A stretch of DNA of 14,980 bases from an uncultured Thermoplasmata archaeon (GTDB lineage Archaea > Thermoplasmatota > Thermoplasmata > Halarchaeoplasmatales > Halarchaeoplasmataceae): contig CAYNQI010000016.1 of the NCBI GenBank assembly GCA_964399335.1, positions 1 to 14,980 on the forward strand. The letters run 5' to 3'. A program made the position numbers and the translations under genes. Shown here in pieces: positions 1 to 9,400 of the stretch (the first letter of the stretch is position 1; each line of letters begins with the position of its first letter). The notes below the pieces were generated by a model. The model made no database searches. It saw nothing but the letters and a program-made list of their open reading frames with translations, and had not been told where the DNA came from.

Positions 1-1061
1 TGAAAACCAAAGAGAAAGTTGGTATTAAAAGTTACGCTGGATACGTGCCAAGATACAGGATCAAACCAAAAGAGATCGGTGAAGTATGGGGTAAAGATGG
101 AGAAACTATGGGTAAGGGACTCAGGATTAACAGTAAATCGGTTCCTTCACCTGATGAAGATGTGATAACGATAGCAACTCAAGCTGCTAGATGGGCTATG
201 GAAAGAGCAAGAATCAAAGGTATCGATATAGGTGCTATCTATGTGGGCTCAGAATCACATCCATATGCTGTTAAACCAACTGCAACGATAGTTGGAGCAG
301 CTATAGGTGCTACACCTTTGATGACAGCTGCAGATTATGAATTTGCATGTAAAGCCGGTACCGCTGGATTCCAAACTTGCATGGGCTTGGTATCATCAGG
401 GATGATAAAAAACGGAATGGCTATCGGAGCTGACACGTCACAAGGTGCCCCTGGAGATGCTTTAGAATACTCGGCAGCTGCTGGTGGTGCTGCTTATATT
501 ATAGGCACAGAGGACATCCTAGCAGAGATAAAACACACATGTTCCTTTACTACAGATACACCAGATTTCTGGAGAAGAGAGGGACAAAAATACCCCTCGC
601 ACGGAGGAAGATTCACTGGCAAACCTGCCTATTTTAAACATATAACTGAGTGTACAAACAATTTGATGGAAGAATCTGAAACGGTACCAGACGATTATGA
701 TTATGCAGTGTTCCATCAACCTAACGGAAAATTCCCTGTTAAAGTAGCTAAAAAATTAGGATTTTCAAAAGAACAGATCGATCCTGGTTTATTAGTTACA
801 AGGATTGGAAATACTTATTCAGGTGCTGTTCCCTTGGGTTTGGCAGCAACGTTAGATCAAACAGAACCGGGTGATAGAATTTTGGTGACTGCTTATGGAT
901 CTGGTGCTGGTTGTGACAGTTTTGACATTGAAGTCACGGAGAATATAAAAAAGATAAAAAATGATGAAGTACCGACTATCCAAGAAGTAATCTCCGATGA
1001 AGAGTTCATACCGTATTCTATCTATGCTAAATTCCGAAGGAAAATAGAAGGAGGTCATTAA
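1..1061 (+). CDS. hmgS: Archaeal hydroxymethylglutaryl-CoA synthase (5' end clipped by 1 nt at the window edge)
   Basis: Catalytic motifs are intact: [11 protein letters not shown] (Glu, nt 252-254), FACKAG (Cys, nt 348-350) and FHQPN (His, nt 714-716). It also has the archaeal-type [15 protein letters not shown] motif. The frame is open upstream of the GTG at 45 (xTG AAA ACC AAA GAG AAA GTT GGT ATT..., i.e. [M][20 protein letters not shown]), which matches the usual HMGS N-terminus. Confidence 0.95.
   Translation, partial: KTKEKVGIKSYAGYVPRYRIKPKEIGEVWGKDGETMGKGLRINSKSVPSPDEDVITIATQAARWAMERARIKGIDIGAIYVGSESHPYAVKPTATIVGAAIGATPLMTAADYEFACKAGTAGFQTCMGLVSSGMIKNGMAIGADTSQGAPGDALEYSAAAGGAAYIIGTEDILAEIKHTCSFTTDTPDFWRREGQKYPSHGGRFTGKPAYFKHITECTNNLMEESETVPDDYDYAVFHQPNGKFPVKVAKKLGFSKEQIDPGLLVTRIGNTYSGAVPLGLAATLDQTEPGDRILVTAYGSGAGCDSFDIEVTENIKKIKNDEVPTIQEVISDEEFIPYSIYAKFRRKIEGGH
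1050..1055 (+). promoter_or_regulatory. Shine-Dalgarno site (GGAGGT) for the thiolase-like gene, embedded in the HMGS 3' end
   Basis: GGAGGT lies 7 nt before the ATG at 1063. The HMGS stop is at 1059-1061. Confidence 0.75.
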
Positions 1062-1062
1062 A

Positions 1063-2229
1063 ATGAGAGACGTAGCGATAATAGGTATTGGAGAAACACA
1101 AATAGGTGAACTTTGGGACAAGTCACTTAGAGAATTGGGTATAGAAGCAGGTCTAAAGGCAATACGTGACGCTGGTGTTTCTGGAGAAGAAGTTGATATG
1201 CTCTATGTTGGAAATATGTCAGCAGGCAAGTTGATCAATCAAGAACATGTTGCCCCCATGATCGCTGATTATGCAGGTTTAGATGATGTTCCTGCTGTCA
1301 GAATAGAATCCGGTGGTGCCTCAGGAGGGATGGCTTTAGCTGAGGGATATATTTCAGTAGCATCCGGCCTAGATGATATCGTTGTCGTTGGTGGTGCAGA
1401 AAAGATGACCGATGTGAATGATGAGGAAGCAAAAAAGATATTGTCTTCAACTGCAGATCAAGAATGGGAAACAGTGTGTGGGGCTACATTTGATTCATTA
1501 CACGCAATGATGGCCCGTTATCACATGAATAAGTATGGAACCACTAAAGAGCAGCTTGCAGAAGTGATAGTTAAGAACCATTCGAACGCATCTAAAAATC
1601 CAAACGCACAATATCCTAGAGAGATACCTAAGAATTTCGTCATGAATGCTCCCATGGTTTCAGACCCCCTGGGAATGTTTGATTGTGCTCCACTTTCTGA
1701 TGGTGGAGCTGCTGTGGTCTTATGTCCAGCAGAATATGTGGATAGTTATAAAGGAGAACCAGTGAAGATATTAGGAGCCGGTCACGGAGCAGATCATATA
1801 GCTCTTCATGATCGAAGAGAGATAGGGAGTATGAAAGCCACTAGGATAGCTGCTGAGAAGGCCTTCGAACACTCAAAAATATCCCCGAAAGATATAGATC
1901 TTGCAGAAGTTCATGACAACTATTCTATAAGTGAAATCGTAGCAATCGAAGATCTGGGATTCTTCAAAAAAGGAGGAGGGGGACAAGCAACAGAAGATGG
2001 TAGGACAGCTTTGAATTCAGAGGTCTCTATAAACACTTCTGGTGGATTAAAAGCTAAAGGACAACCAGTAGGAGCTGTAGGTATCAACCAAGCTATCGAA
2101 GCTACTATTCAACTTCGAGGTGATGCTGGTGATAGGCAAGTAGAAGATGCAAGATATGGATTAACCCATAATGTAGGTGGGACCGGTGCTAGTGCTGTTG
2201 TTCATATATTTGAGAGGTGGTCTGAATGA
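1063..2229 (+). CDS. Archaeal acetyl-CoA acetyltransferase (thiolase)-family protein with a degenerate active site
   Basis: Thiolase-fold motifs are present: MRDVAIIG, YVGNMSAG, DIVVVGGAEKM, DCAPLSDGGAAVVL, INTSGGLKAKG and THNVGGTG. It sits between HMGS and DUF35. The catalytic positions read ESGGASGG (normally ExxCASG), EVHDNY (normally HDCF/HDAF) and KGQPVG (normally GHP). Confidence 0.9.
   Translation: MRDVAIIGIGETQIGELWDKSLRELGIEAGLKAIRDAGVSGEEVDMLYVGNMSAGKLINQEHVAPMIADYAGLDDVPAVRIESGGASGGMALAEGYISVASGLDDIVVVGGAEKMTDVNDEEAKKILSSTADQEWETVCGATFDSLHAMMARYHMNKYGTTKEQLAEVIVKNHSNASKNPNAQYPREIPKNFVMNAPMVSDPLGMFDCAPLSDGGAAVVLCPAEYVDSYKGEPVKILGAGHGADHIALHDRREIGSMKATRIAAEKAFEHSKISPKDIDLAEVHDNYSISEIVAIEDLGFFKKGGGGQATEDGRTALNSEVSINTSGGLKAKGQPVGAVGINQAIEATIQLRGDAGDRQVEDARYGLTHNVGGTGASAVVHIFERWSE
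2214..2219 (+). promoter_or_regulatory. Shine-Dalgarno site (GAGGTG) for DUF35
   Basis: GAGGTG lies 6 nt before the ATG at 2226. The ATGA start/stop overlap with the thiolase gene suggests translational coupling. Confidence 0.65.
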
Positions 2230-2639
2230 CGACCCCTAGATTCTGGAGAGAGATAGAACAGAGATATCGGGGTATCGGAGTGCAGTGTGAAATTTGTGAT
2301 AGGGTGTATTTCCCACCAAGGGAGATATGTCCTCACTGTCGTAGAGAAAGCTTCGGAAAGATGAATGAACGTGAACTGAGTGGAAAGGGAAAGGTTTTGA
2401 CATACACCGAAGTACATGATCCACATCCGGATTTCAAGATGTTAACTCCATATATAATGGCTATAATTGAAATGGAGGAAGATGTTAGAGTTACGGGACA
2501 AATAGTAGACATAGACTACGAGAAAGTAGAAACTGGTATGGAAGTAAAAGCTACGATGAGAAGGCTTGGTGAAGAAAGCCCGGAAGGTATAATCTACTAC
2601 GGATATAAGTTCACTCCCATAAAAGAGATAAAAGAGTGA
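2226..2639 (+). CDS. DUF35 family Zn-ribbon/OB-fold protein (scaffold subunit of archaeal thiolase/HMGS complexes)
   Basis: MTTPRFWRE N-terminus, a CEIC...YFPPREICPHC zinc ribbon, and an OB-fold segment (GKGKVLTYT...PYIMAIIEMEEDVRVTGQIVD...YGYKF). It is the third gene of the HMGS-thiolase-DUF35 trio. Confidence 0.93.
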   Translation: MTTPRFWREIEQRYRGIGVQCEICDRVYFPPREICPHCRRESFGKMNERELSGKGKVLTYTEVHDPHPDFKMLTPYIMAIIEMEEDVRVTGQIVDIDYEKVETGMEVKATMRRLGEESPEGIIYYGYKFTPIKEIKE

Positions 2640-2663
2640 TAAAATCCCTTTAAAACCCTTTAA

Positions 2664-2677
2664 TTTTTCTTTTCTTT
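2664..2677 (+). terminator. Putative archaeal oligo-T terminator after the trio
   Basis: TTTTTCTTTTCTTT lies about 25 nt after the DUF35 stop. Confidence 0.45.
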
Positions 2678-2693
2678 AAAAAAGTTTTAAAAT
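2678..2693 (+). promoter_or_regulatory. Putative BRE + TATA promoter for the nitroreductase gene
   Basis: AAAAAAG-TTTTAAAAT ends 26 nt before the ATG at 2720. The same arrangement occurs at 5006-5021 and 10032-10048. Confidence 0.5.
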
Positions 2694-2719
2694 AATGAGG
2701 ACATACTCAACCAGATAAT

Positions 2720-3229
2720 ATGGATGTTTTCAAAGCCATCGAAGAAAGACAAAGTATAAGAAATTACACGGGTAAGGGAATACGAAAGAAAGATATGTTA
2801 AAATTACTTGATGCTGCAAGAAATTCTCCATCTGCTAAGAATCTTCAGCCATGGGAATTAGTCGTTGTAACAAAAGATAGTCTCAAAAAAGAAATGATCG
2901 AAATATTTCATAACCAAGCATTCATTGAAGATGCTGGGGCTATTATTATTGGTCTTACCGAGAATGAAAAATGGGCGGATATAGATCTTGCTATCGCTCT
3001 TGATCATCTATCTTTAGCTGCCACTTCATTAGGTATGGGAACATGTTGGTTAGGTGCATTTAAGTCAGTAAAATTAAGAGAAAGGTTGAACATACCTGAT
3101 AATTTCAATATAAAGGTATGTATGTCTGTTGGATACCCAAGTAATACAGATAAACCTCCTGTGAAAAAAAGTGTTCACGAGCTTGTAAGTTGGAATATGT
3201 ACGGAAATAGAAAAGATATAAGAAAATAG
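2720..3229 (+). CDS. Nitroreductase-family FMN-dependent oxidoreductase
   Basis: RQSIRNY FMN-binding N-terminus, ARNSPSAKNLQPW, and DLAIALDHLSLAATSLGMGTCWLG. At 169 aa it is a typical size. Confidence 0.92.
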   Translation: MDVFKAIEERQSIRNYTGKGIRKKDMLKLLDAARNSPSAKNLQPWELVVVTKDSLKKEMIEIFHNQAFIEDAGAIIIGLTENEKWADIDLAIALDHLSLAATSLGMGTCWLGAFKSVKLRERLNIPDNFNIKVCMSVGYPSNTDKPPVKKSVHELVSWNMYGNRKDIRK

Positions 3230-3252
3230 AAAGAAAGGTTTTTTGATTTTAA
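3230..3252. terminator. Putative bidirectional T-rich terminator zone between convergent genes
   Basis: The + strand has TTTTTTGATTTT (3239-3250). The - strand has a CTTTCTTTCTATTTTCTT tract just past the synthetase stop. Confidence 0.35.
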
Positions 3253-4944
3253 CTAGTATGGTAGACTTTCGTGGTCCTCTAAATATTCCTCTTCAGCCCT
3301 ATCCCGTAATTCTGTTCTTCTTATTTTACCGCTTATTGTTTTTGGAAGTTCTTCGACAAATTCTACCTGTCTTGGATATTTGTAAGGAGCGGTTACCTCT
3401 TTGACGTGCTCTTGTAGTTCTTTTTTAAGTTCATCGCTTGGTTCGTATCCTTCATTCAAAATAATGTAAGCTTTTACTATCTTTCCTCTGATTTCATCGG
3501 GAGCACCTATCACAGCTGGTTCTTGGACTGCAGGATGTTCTTGTAACGCACTTTCTACTTCGAATGGCCCGATCCTGTAACCCGAAGCTTTTATCACGTC
3601 ATCAGACCGTCCAACGAACCAGAAATAACCGTCTTCGTCTTTGTAAGCCTTATCCCCTGTGTAATACCAATCACCTTCAAAAACTCCTGTGGTTTTTTCA
3701 TCATCTTTCCAATATTCCTTAAACAAACCTGGAGGTCTCTCGGGAACTACCTTCAAGCCTATATGACCTTCTTCACCGACGTCTAGAATATTCTGATCAT
3801 CATCTATTATCTCTACTTCATGTCCAGGTGTTGGTTTACCCATCGAACCGGCCTTAACTTCCATGGTAGGATAGTTTGCGACTAGTGCTACAGTTTCAGT
3901 TTGACCATAATAATCATAGATTCTTAGACCTGTATATTCTTCCCATTTGTCAATAACATCAGGATTTAATGGTTCTCCAGCACTAAGACAGTGACGTAAA
4001 GAACTAAGGTCGTAACTTTCTACATCTTCATTGATCATCATTTTATATATCGTAGGTGGGACACAGAAAGTCGTGATACCGTAATCTTGTAATATCTTCA
4101 AAGTTTTCTTTGGATCGAATCTACCTGTGATATTCTGTTGAACGATGGTAGCACCGACTATCCACTGACCGAAAAGCTTACCCCAAACAGCTTTAGCCCA
4201 TCCATTATCTGCGATAGTCCAATTTGTATCTTCTGGGGTTAGATCTTGAACGTATCTTGCTGTAACTGTGTGGCCAATTGGATAAGAATGGGTATGAAGT
4301 ACCATCTTAGGTTTACCAGTAGTTCCAGACGTGAAGTAAATCAGCAATGGGTCTTCACTTTTTGTAGCTTCTATATCATCTTTATTGAGTTCCGGAGAAG
4401 CTTCCTCCATAAGTGTTCTATATTCATCCCAACCATCTTTTTCCTCTTCAGAATTAATCAAAATGAAATTATTTAGAGATTTCATCCCTTCCTTATCTCT
4501 AACCTTATCTATTTTTTCGTGATTTGACCAATCCGTGACTATGGTGTTAGCCTCAGCCCGATTTATTCTATATCTGATGTCTTCAGGTGTAGCAAGATTG
4601 GGCGTAGGTATGGGCACCACTCCGAGCTTGATCATACCCAACATTGCAACATACCACTCGGGAATCCTATGTACTAGGATCATCGCTCTGTCGCCTTTTT
4701 TAATTCCTTTTTCCCTGAGGGCATTAGCAAATTTATTAGATAGGGTTTTAAGTTCCTGGAAGGTGTGCTTATCAGCATTCTCACCACTATTATCTACGGA
4801 GATAAGCGCTGTTTTGTCAGGATATTCTTTTGCTCTTTCATCCACTTCATCAAATGCAAAATTGTAAAATTCTGGAACTTTCCATTTGAACTCTTTTTTG
4901 ACTTTTTCGTAATCATACATATTATGTTCATGTTCTTCGCTCAT
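3253..4944 (-). CDS. AMP-forming acyl-CoA synthetase, medium/short-chain (MACS/ACSM-like)
   Basis: ANL superfamily motifs: YFTSGTTGKPK (P-loop), SAGEPLN, YGQTET, YYTGD, FVGRSDDVIKASGYRIGPFEVESAL and LPKTISGKIRR. The ATG at 4944 is preferred over the in-frame GTG at 4953, whose GTGA resembles an RBS remnant. Confidence 0.93.
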   Translation of the reverse strand: MSEEHEHNMYDYEKVKKEFKWKVPEFYNFAFDEVDERAKEYPDKTALISVDNSGENADKHTFQELKTLSNKFANALREKGIKKGDRAMILVHRIPEWYVAMLGMIKLGVVPIPTPNLATPEDIRYRINRAEANTIVTDWSNHEKIDKVRDKEGMKSLNNFILINSEEEKDGWDEYRTLMEEASPELNKDDIEATKSEDPLLIYFTSGTTGKPKMVLHTHSYPIGHTVTARYVQDLTPEDTNWTIADNGWAKAVWGKLFGQWIVGATIVQQNITGRFDPKKTLKILQDYGITTFCVPPTIYKMMINEDVESYDLSSLRHCLSAGEPLNPDVIDKWEEYTGLRIYDYYGQTETVALVANYPTMEVKAGSMGKPTPGHEVEIIDDDQNILDVGEEGHIGLKVVPERPPGLFKEYWKDDEKTTGVFEGDWYYTGDKAYKDEDGYFWFVGRSDDVIKASGYRIGPFEVESALQEHPAVQEPAVIGAPDEIRGKIVKAYIILNEGYEPSDELKKELQEHVKEVTAPYKYPRQVEFVEELPKTISGKIRRTELRDRAEEEYLEDHESLPY

Positions 4945-5005
4945 ATGAATCACTGTCGAGGGGTATGAACAGCAAAAATAAAGATTTTGCCCTTCAAACC
5001 AAAAT

Positions 5006-5021
5006 AAGAAAAGTTTTATAT
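5006..5021 (+). promoter_or_regulatory. Putative BRE + TATA promoter for the dihydrolipoamide dehydrogenase gene, within a divergent intergenic region
   Basis: AAGAAAAG-TTTTATAT ends 28 nt before the ATG at 5050, consistent with a leaderless or short-leader transcript. Confidence 0.6.
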
Positions 5022-5049
5022 TGTCTATATTCTAGGGAAAGTTGGTAAG

Positions 5050-6390
5050 ATGAGTGAGAGAGTAATCGTTATAGGGAGTGGACCAGGCGGATACAAGAGT
5101 GCAGTCCATGCAGCTAAGAAAGGTTTAGATGTTAAATTGATTGAAAAAAGTGATGATATAGGTGGCGTATGTACTAATCATGGATGTATCCCATCAAAAG
5201 CCCTTTTATCTATTGCAGAGACTATTGATGATATACAAAATTCCAGGAGAAAAGGTATATCTTCGTCTATCGATGATATCGATCTTAATAAAGCCCAGAT
5301 GGTAAAAAACAGGGCAGTAAAAACATCTCAAAAGGGTATCATTAACCAGCTTGAGGAAAATGATATAGAGACAATAAAAGGCGAAGCAAAAATCAAGGAT
5401 AAAAACACAGTTGACGTCGGTGGTGAAGTACATGAAGCAGACTATATCATTATTGCTACTGGTTCTGAACCGATAATACTGCCAGGTTTGGATGTAGATG
5501 AAGAGAACATCTTGACTAGCAGAGGAGTGTTAAAATTAGATGAGATTCCAGAAGATATACTTATCATCGGTGGAGGGTATATCGGAATAGAGCTTGCTTT
5601 CGTACTATCATCTTTTGGAAGTAAAGTGACTATAGTTGAATTGATGGACAATATTTTGCCTAATATGGACCAAGACTTAGCTGCAGAAATTGAAAGTGTT
5701 CTCAAAAGAAAGAGGATTAAGGTCATAACGGGTTCTAAAGTTTCAGAAGTCGAAGGTGATTCACCTTTTGAAGTAAAGATAGAAGGTAAAGAGAACAAGA
5801 CTATCAAAGCAGAAAAAATACTGTGTGCTGTAGGTAGAAAACCAACACCCCCTGAGACTGAATTAGATATTATAGGTCCTCATAACGAAATAATCACAAA
5901 TGATTTTATGGAAACCCCTGTAAAGAACGTATATGCAGTTGGTGATGTTACAGGTAAAATGATGTTAGCTCACGCAGCTTATAAACATGCAGAAATCGCT
6001 GTGAAAAATATAGTCGGGGAAGATACTCCTAAATTTTCACATTACAGTGTTCCTGCTGGGGTATACACTCATCCAGAAGCTGCCAGTATTGGATCAACTG
6101 AGGAAGAAGCTAGAGAAAAATACGAGGATATAAACATCGGTAAATACCCTATTTCAGCAAGCGGTAGGGGATACTCTACTGGTAACAGAACTGGTGTTGC
6201 AAAAGTCATAGCTCACGATGATAAAATTGTAGGTATGCATTTAGTATGCCCGGCTGCAACGGATATTATCATGGAAGGAACAATTGCTATGGAAGGTAAT
6301 ATAGGAGTTGATAAATTATCTGATATTATCCACCCCCATCCCACCTATTCAGAAGCTCTTAAAAAAGCAGCGGAAAAAGCACTACGATAA
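5050..6390 (+). CDS. lpdA: Dihydrolipoamide dehydrogenase (E3 / glycine cleavage L protein)
   Basis: FAD motif GSGPGG, redox disulfide GGVCTNHGCIPSK, NAD motif GGGYIGIE, VYAVGD, and the C-terminal His-Glu pair HPHPTYSE. Confidence 0.93.
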   Translation: MSERVIVIGSGPGGYKSAVHAAKKGLDVKLIEKSDDIGGVCTNHGCIPSKALLSIAETIDDIQNSRRKGISSSIDDIDLNKAQMVKNRAVKTSQKGIINQLEENDIETIKGEAKIKDKNTVDVGGEVHEADYIIIATGSEPIILPGLDVDEENILTSRGVLKLDEIPEDILIIGGGYIGIELAFVLSSFGSKVTIVELMDNILPNMDQDLAAEIESVLKRKRIKVITGSKVSEVEGDSPFEVKIEGKENKTIKAEKILCAVGRKPTPPETELDIIGPHNEIITNDFMETPVKNVYAVGDVTGKMMLAHAAYKHAEIAVKNIVGEDTPKFSHYSVPAGVYTHPEAASIGSTEEEAREKYEDINIGKYPISASGRGYSTGNRTGVAKVIAHDDKIVGMHLVCPAATDIIMEGTIAMEGNIGVDKLSDIIHPHPTYSEALKKAAEKALR

Positions 6391-6447
6391 ATATGTTGTC
6401 TGAATAAATTAAACCCAACAAAAATATCTAAAATGATTTACACCTAA

Positions 6448-9400
6448 TTAAGCCTTAATTTTACTAAGTTTTATAAGTGCCTGAGACTTATTGAGCATGG
6501 CATCTCTATAATCTCCTTGGATCTCCAAAGCTTTGTCATAGCATTCTAGTGCTTCAGAATAATTTCCACATCTAAAATTAACATTTCCTAAATTATTCCA
6601 TGCAATAGCATACTCTTCGTCAATATTTATCGCATTAATTAAGCATTTTTTAGCTTTTTCCTGTGCACCAACCCTACTATAAGCTGTTCCTAAATTATTC
6701 CAAATAGCCTCGTTATCCCCTTCAAGATCAAGTGCTTTTTTAAACTTTCTTATAGAATCCTCATATTCCCCCATGCTACAACTGTTTATTCCTTTGATAT
6801 AGTAAGGGATTGCTTTCTCTTCAGATACGGGACAGGTTTTACTAATATTTTCATAGTAATTTCCAGAATCTTGATAATTAGAGAATCTTTTTGAAAGTGA
6901 AACTGATTTGGTTTCATAACTCCCAATAGTTTCCTTATACCACGTGGCAGTACCGCTCATGACCATCACTGATCCTAATCCCAATGGCAATATAATCGTA
7001 TATTCAAGATGGGAGATCTGAACAGAATAAAATATCAATGTCAATCCTGCAACGAACAATATACAGATACCTGAAAACCAAAGCATATAATAATGAAATT
7101 TTTTGGGTAAACTATAATCTAAAATCCAAAAAATCCCCAATGCAGTAGCCGTCATCCCAGCACTAGCTAACAATGGAATATTTAAATTGAGGATATACCT
7201 ACTCGTCGGAATAAATGATGAGATTATTATACCTATCAAATATCCCACAAACCCTATGGAAGAATATGAAATAATTTCATCTTTAAATGCATATACAGTT
7301 AATATGCCCAATCCAAAGAATAGACCTATCAAGATCAATCCAAGTTCACCAAAGTAATTAAAATCAGATGTCCTGTAGGTCGTAAAATATATACCTCCAA
7401 AAGCTAAAAGAGATAAACTAGAAACCGGTACTTCGTAATCTTTTGCTTTATACAAAATATTTTTTAAACTATGTTGAATATGAGATTCTACAAAATCAGG
7501 TTCTGGTCTAGATTTTTTTAAAGATGGTTTAGATTTAGAAACAACCGAGGGTTCTGATTTAACTGTTTGAGAAACTCTAGTAGCTTTTGATAAAATCGTT
7601 TTCTCACTAATCGTTTCTTTTTCTCCAACAACTTCGTCTAAAGACTGATCGCAAACACTACAAAATTCGCTATCTTTACTTATATAAGATTTACAGGTTG
7701 GACATCTTATCCAATCATCATCTTTTTTGAAATCTTCTACAGACTTTTCCTCATCTTCAATCTCTGTCTTTAATCCATCAGCATCATATTCCAATCCCTT
7801 TTCTTTAAGATCACTTGTAGATTCTGTTTGATCCGGCTTATCTTCAATTTCTGCTTTTTCTTCGTCATATCGACTTTTCAAAATAGACTCGATTTCCTCA
7901 TTAAGTTTAATATCAAATTCGTCCTCATCCTCTTCTAAATCTATTTCATCGGAAGTTGGTGCAAAATCACCTAAATCATCTTCATCTATTTCATCCCCAG
8001 TGATTTGCTCTTCATCATCCATTAATTCACTTAAATCAAAATCGTCTTCTTCAAGCTCTTCATAATCTTCTTCAAATTCATCAATATCTTGGTCTTCAAG
8101 CTCTTCATCCAACGTTTCTTCTGTATTCAAAGTTTCAGAGGGTTCTTCTTCTACTTCTGAATGATCGTAACTTTCTGCAGGTTCAATATCACTTTCCCCT
8201 AAATCTGATTGACATATAGAACAGGTCTCAGCACTAGCACTTACCATGGCGCCACAACTTGTACATAAATATAATTCCACTTCGTCTTCTTCATATTCCT
8301 TTGAACCATCATCAGTTTGGCCAAAGAATTTTTTTATGACCTCTTCTTGGTCAGTTTCTGCGACGGAAACCTCCTCTTTTTCGATGTCTTTTTTTGCAAA
8401 CTCCATATCGCTTCCGCATATCGAACATCTTTCCTTTTGATCTTTTACAAAAGCTCCACAAGCATCACAGATAGCCAAATTTCCATCTGTATAATCAATA
8501 TGAGATCCATCAACTGTTTCTATTTCTGGGGTCTCTGAAGATAAACTGCCGCAAACAGGACATCTTTCATTTTCATTTCTTAAAAAAGCTCCACACACTG
8601 TACAAACGTCTACCTTACTCTCATCTCTTGAGGTTATATCTTCCCTCTCAGATCCAATTTCCTCTTCTGTCTTTTCAGAAAGACCAAGTGCTTTTTTAAG
8701 CGTATTAACGTCATCATCCATAGAATGGTCTTCAACATCATATGGTTCTAACTCGGTATCGATAGCTTCTTTTGTAAACTCATGATGACAAATAGGACAT
8801 TCTTCTACAGAGTTATTAGATATCCATCCACAATTCCCACAAATTTTTGCATTATCTCCTACATGGAGTCCCTCTGCTGTAGTACTAGTTGATTCCGGTT
8901 CTTTATAAAATTCATCTTCAGATTTTTCTTCTACTTCAAAAGCTTCTACTTCCTCTTTCGAAACATGGGAATCTTCAATATCCTCGTCTTCATACAAAAA
9001 TTCTTCATCAATCTCACTTAACAATTCAGGTTCTATTTCTTGAAGTTCCTCTGTTTCTTTTTCTTCGGATACCTCTTGTTCTAATCCCTCATTTAATTCT
9101 TCAGCTATACTTTCAAATGATTTTTCGGGCTCTATTACTTCTTCCTGCCCTACGTCTAATTCATCTATTACTTCTAGATCTATTTCTTCTTGGACTTCTT
9201 GAACACCCTCTTCGTCTGGTATTTCTGGCTCTATTTCCTCCTCATATTCCTCAGGTATATCTTCTTCTTCAATATCCTCGGAGAAAGTAAATCCACAATT
9301 CGGGCAGTCCGTTGATTTTACACTAACAAAAGCTCCACAATTAGTACATAAGAAAAGTCCATCCTCCTCTTCTTTTTCTTCAGTCTTTTCCTGGATAACT

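Noticed and set aside
1063-2229. Calling the thiolase a pseudogene
   Set aside because: The ORF is full length with no frameshift or internal stop, keeps structural motifs, has a good RBS and is translationally coupled to both neighbours.
519-2426. Short minus-strand and alternate-frame ORFs over the HMGS/thiolase/DUF35 genes (519-719, 852-1121, 2202-2426, 2236-2424)
   Set aside because: They lie entirely over well-supported genes, have no recognisable motifs, and show shadow-ORF composition.
2646-2663. Direct repeat CCCTTTAA x2 with 10-nt period, upstream of the nitroreductase promoter
   Set aside because: It could be a regulator site, but it is short, low-complexity, overlaps the likely terminator, and is not seen at other promoters in the window.
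3253-4944. Idea that the synthetase is an acetoacetyl-CoA synthetase replacing the defective thiolase
   Set aside because: Its size and motifs fit the MACS/ACSM-like group rather than the longer acetoacetate-CoA ligase family as far as I can judge. It is also convergent with the trio and separated from it by a nitroreductase. No sequence support.
4246-5807. ORFs 4246-4476, 4535-4867, 4765-4968, 5206-5433 and 5442-5807
   Set aside because: Antisense shadows of the acyl-CoA synthetase and lpdA. Their hydrophobic or Ser-rich look reflects the reverse complement of Lys/Glu/Asp codons.
6391-6447. Possible small RNA or hairpin between lpdA and the zinc-ribbon gene
   Set aside because: Only 57 nt, AT-rich, with no convincing stem. 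It is adequately explained as a convergent terminator zone.
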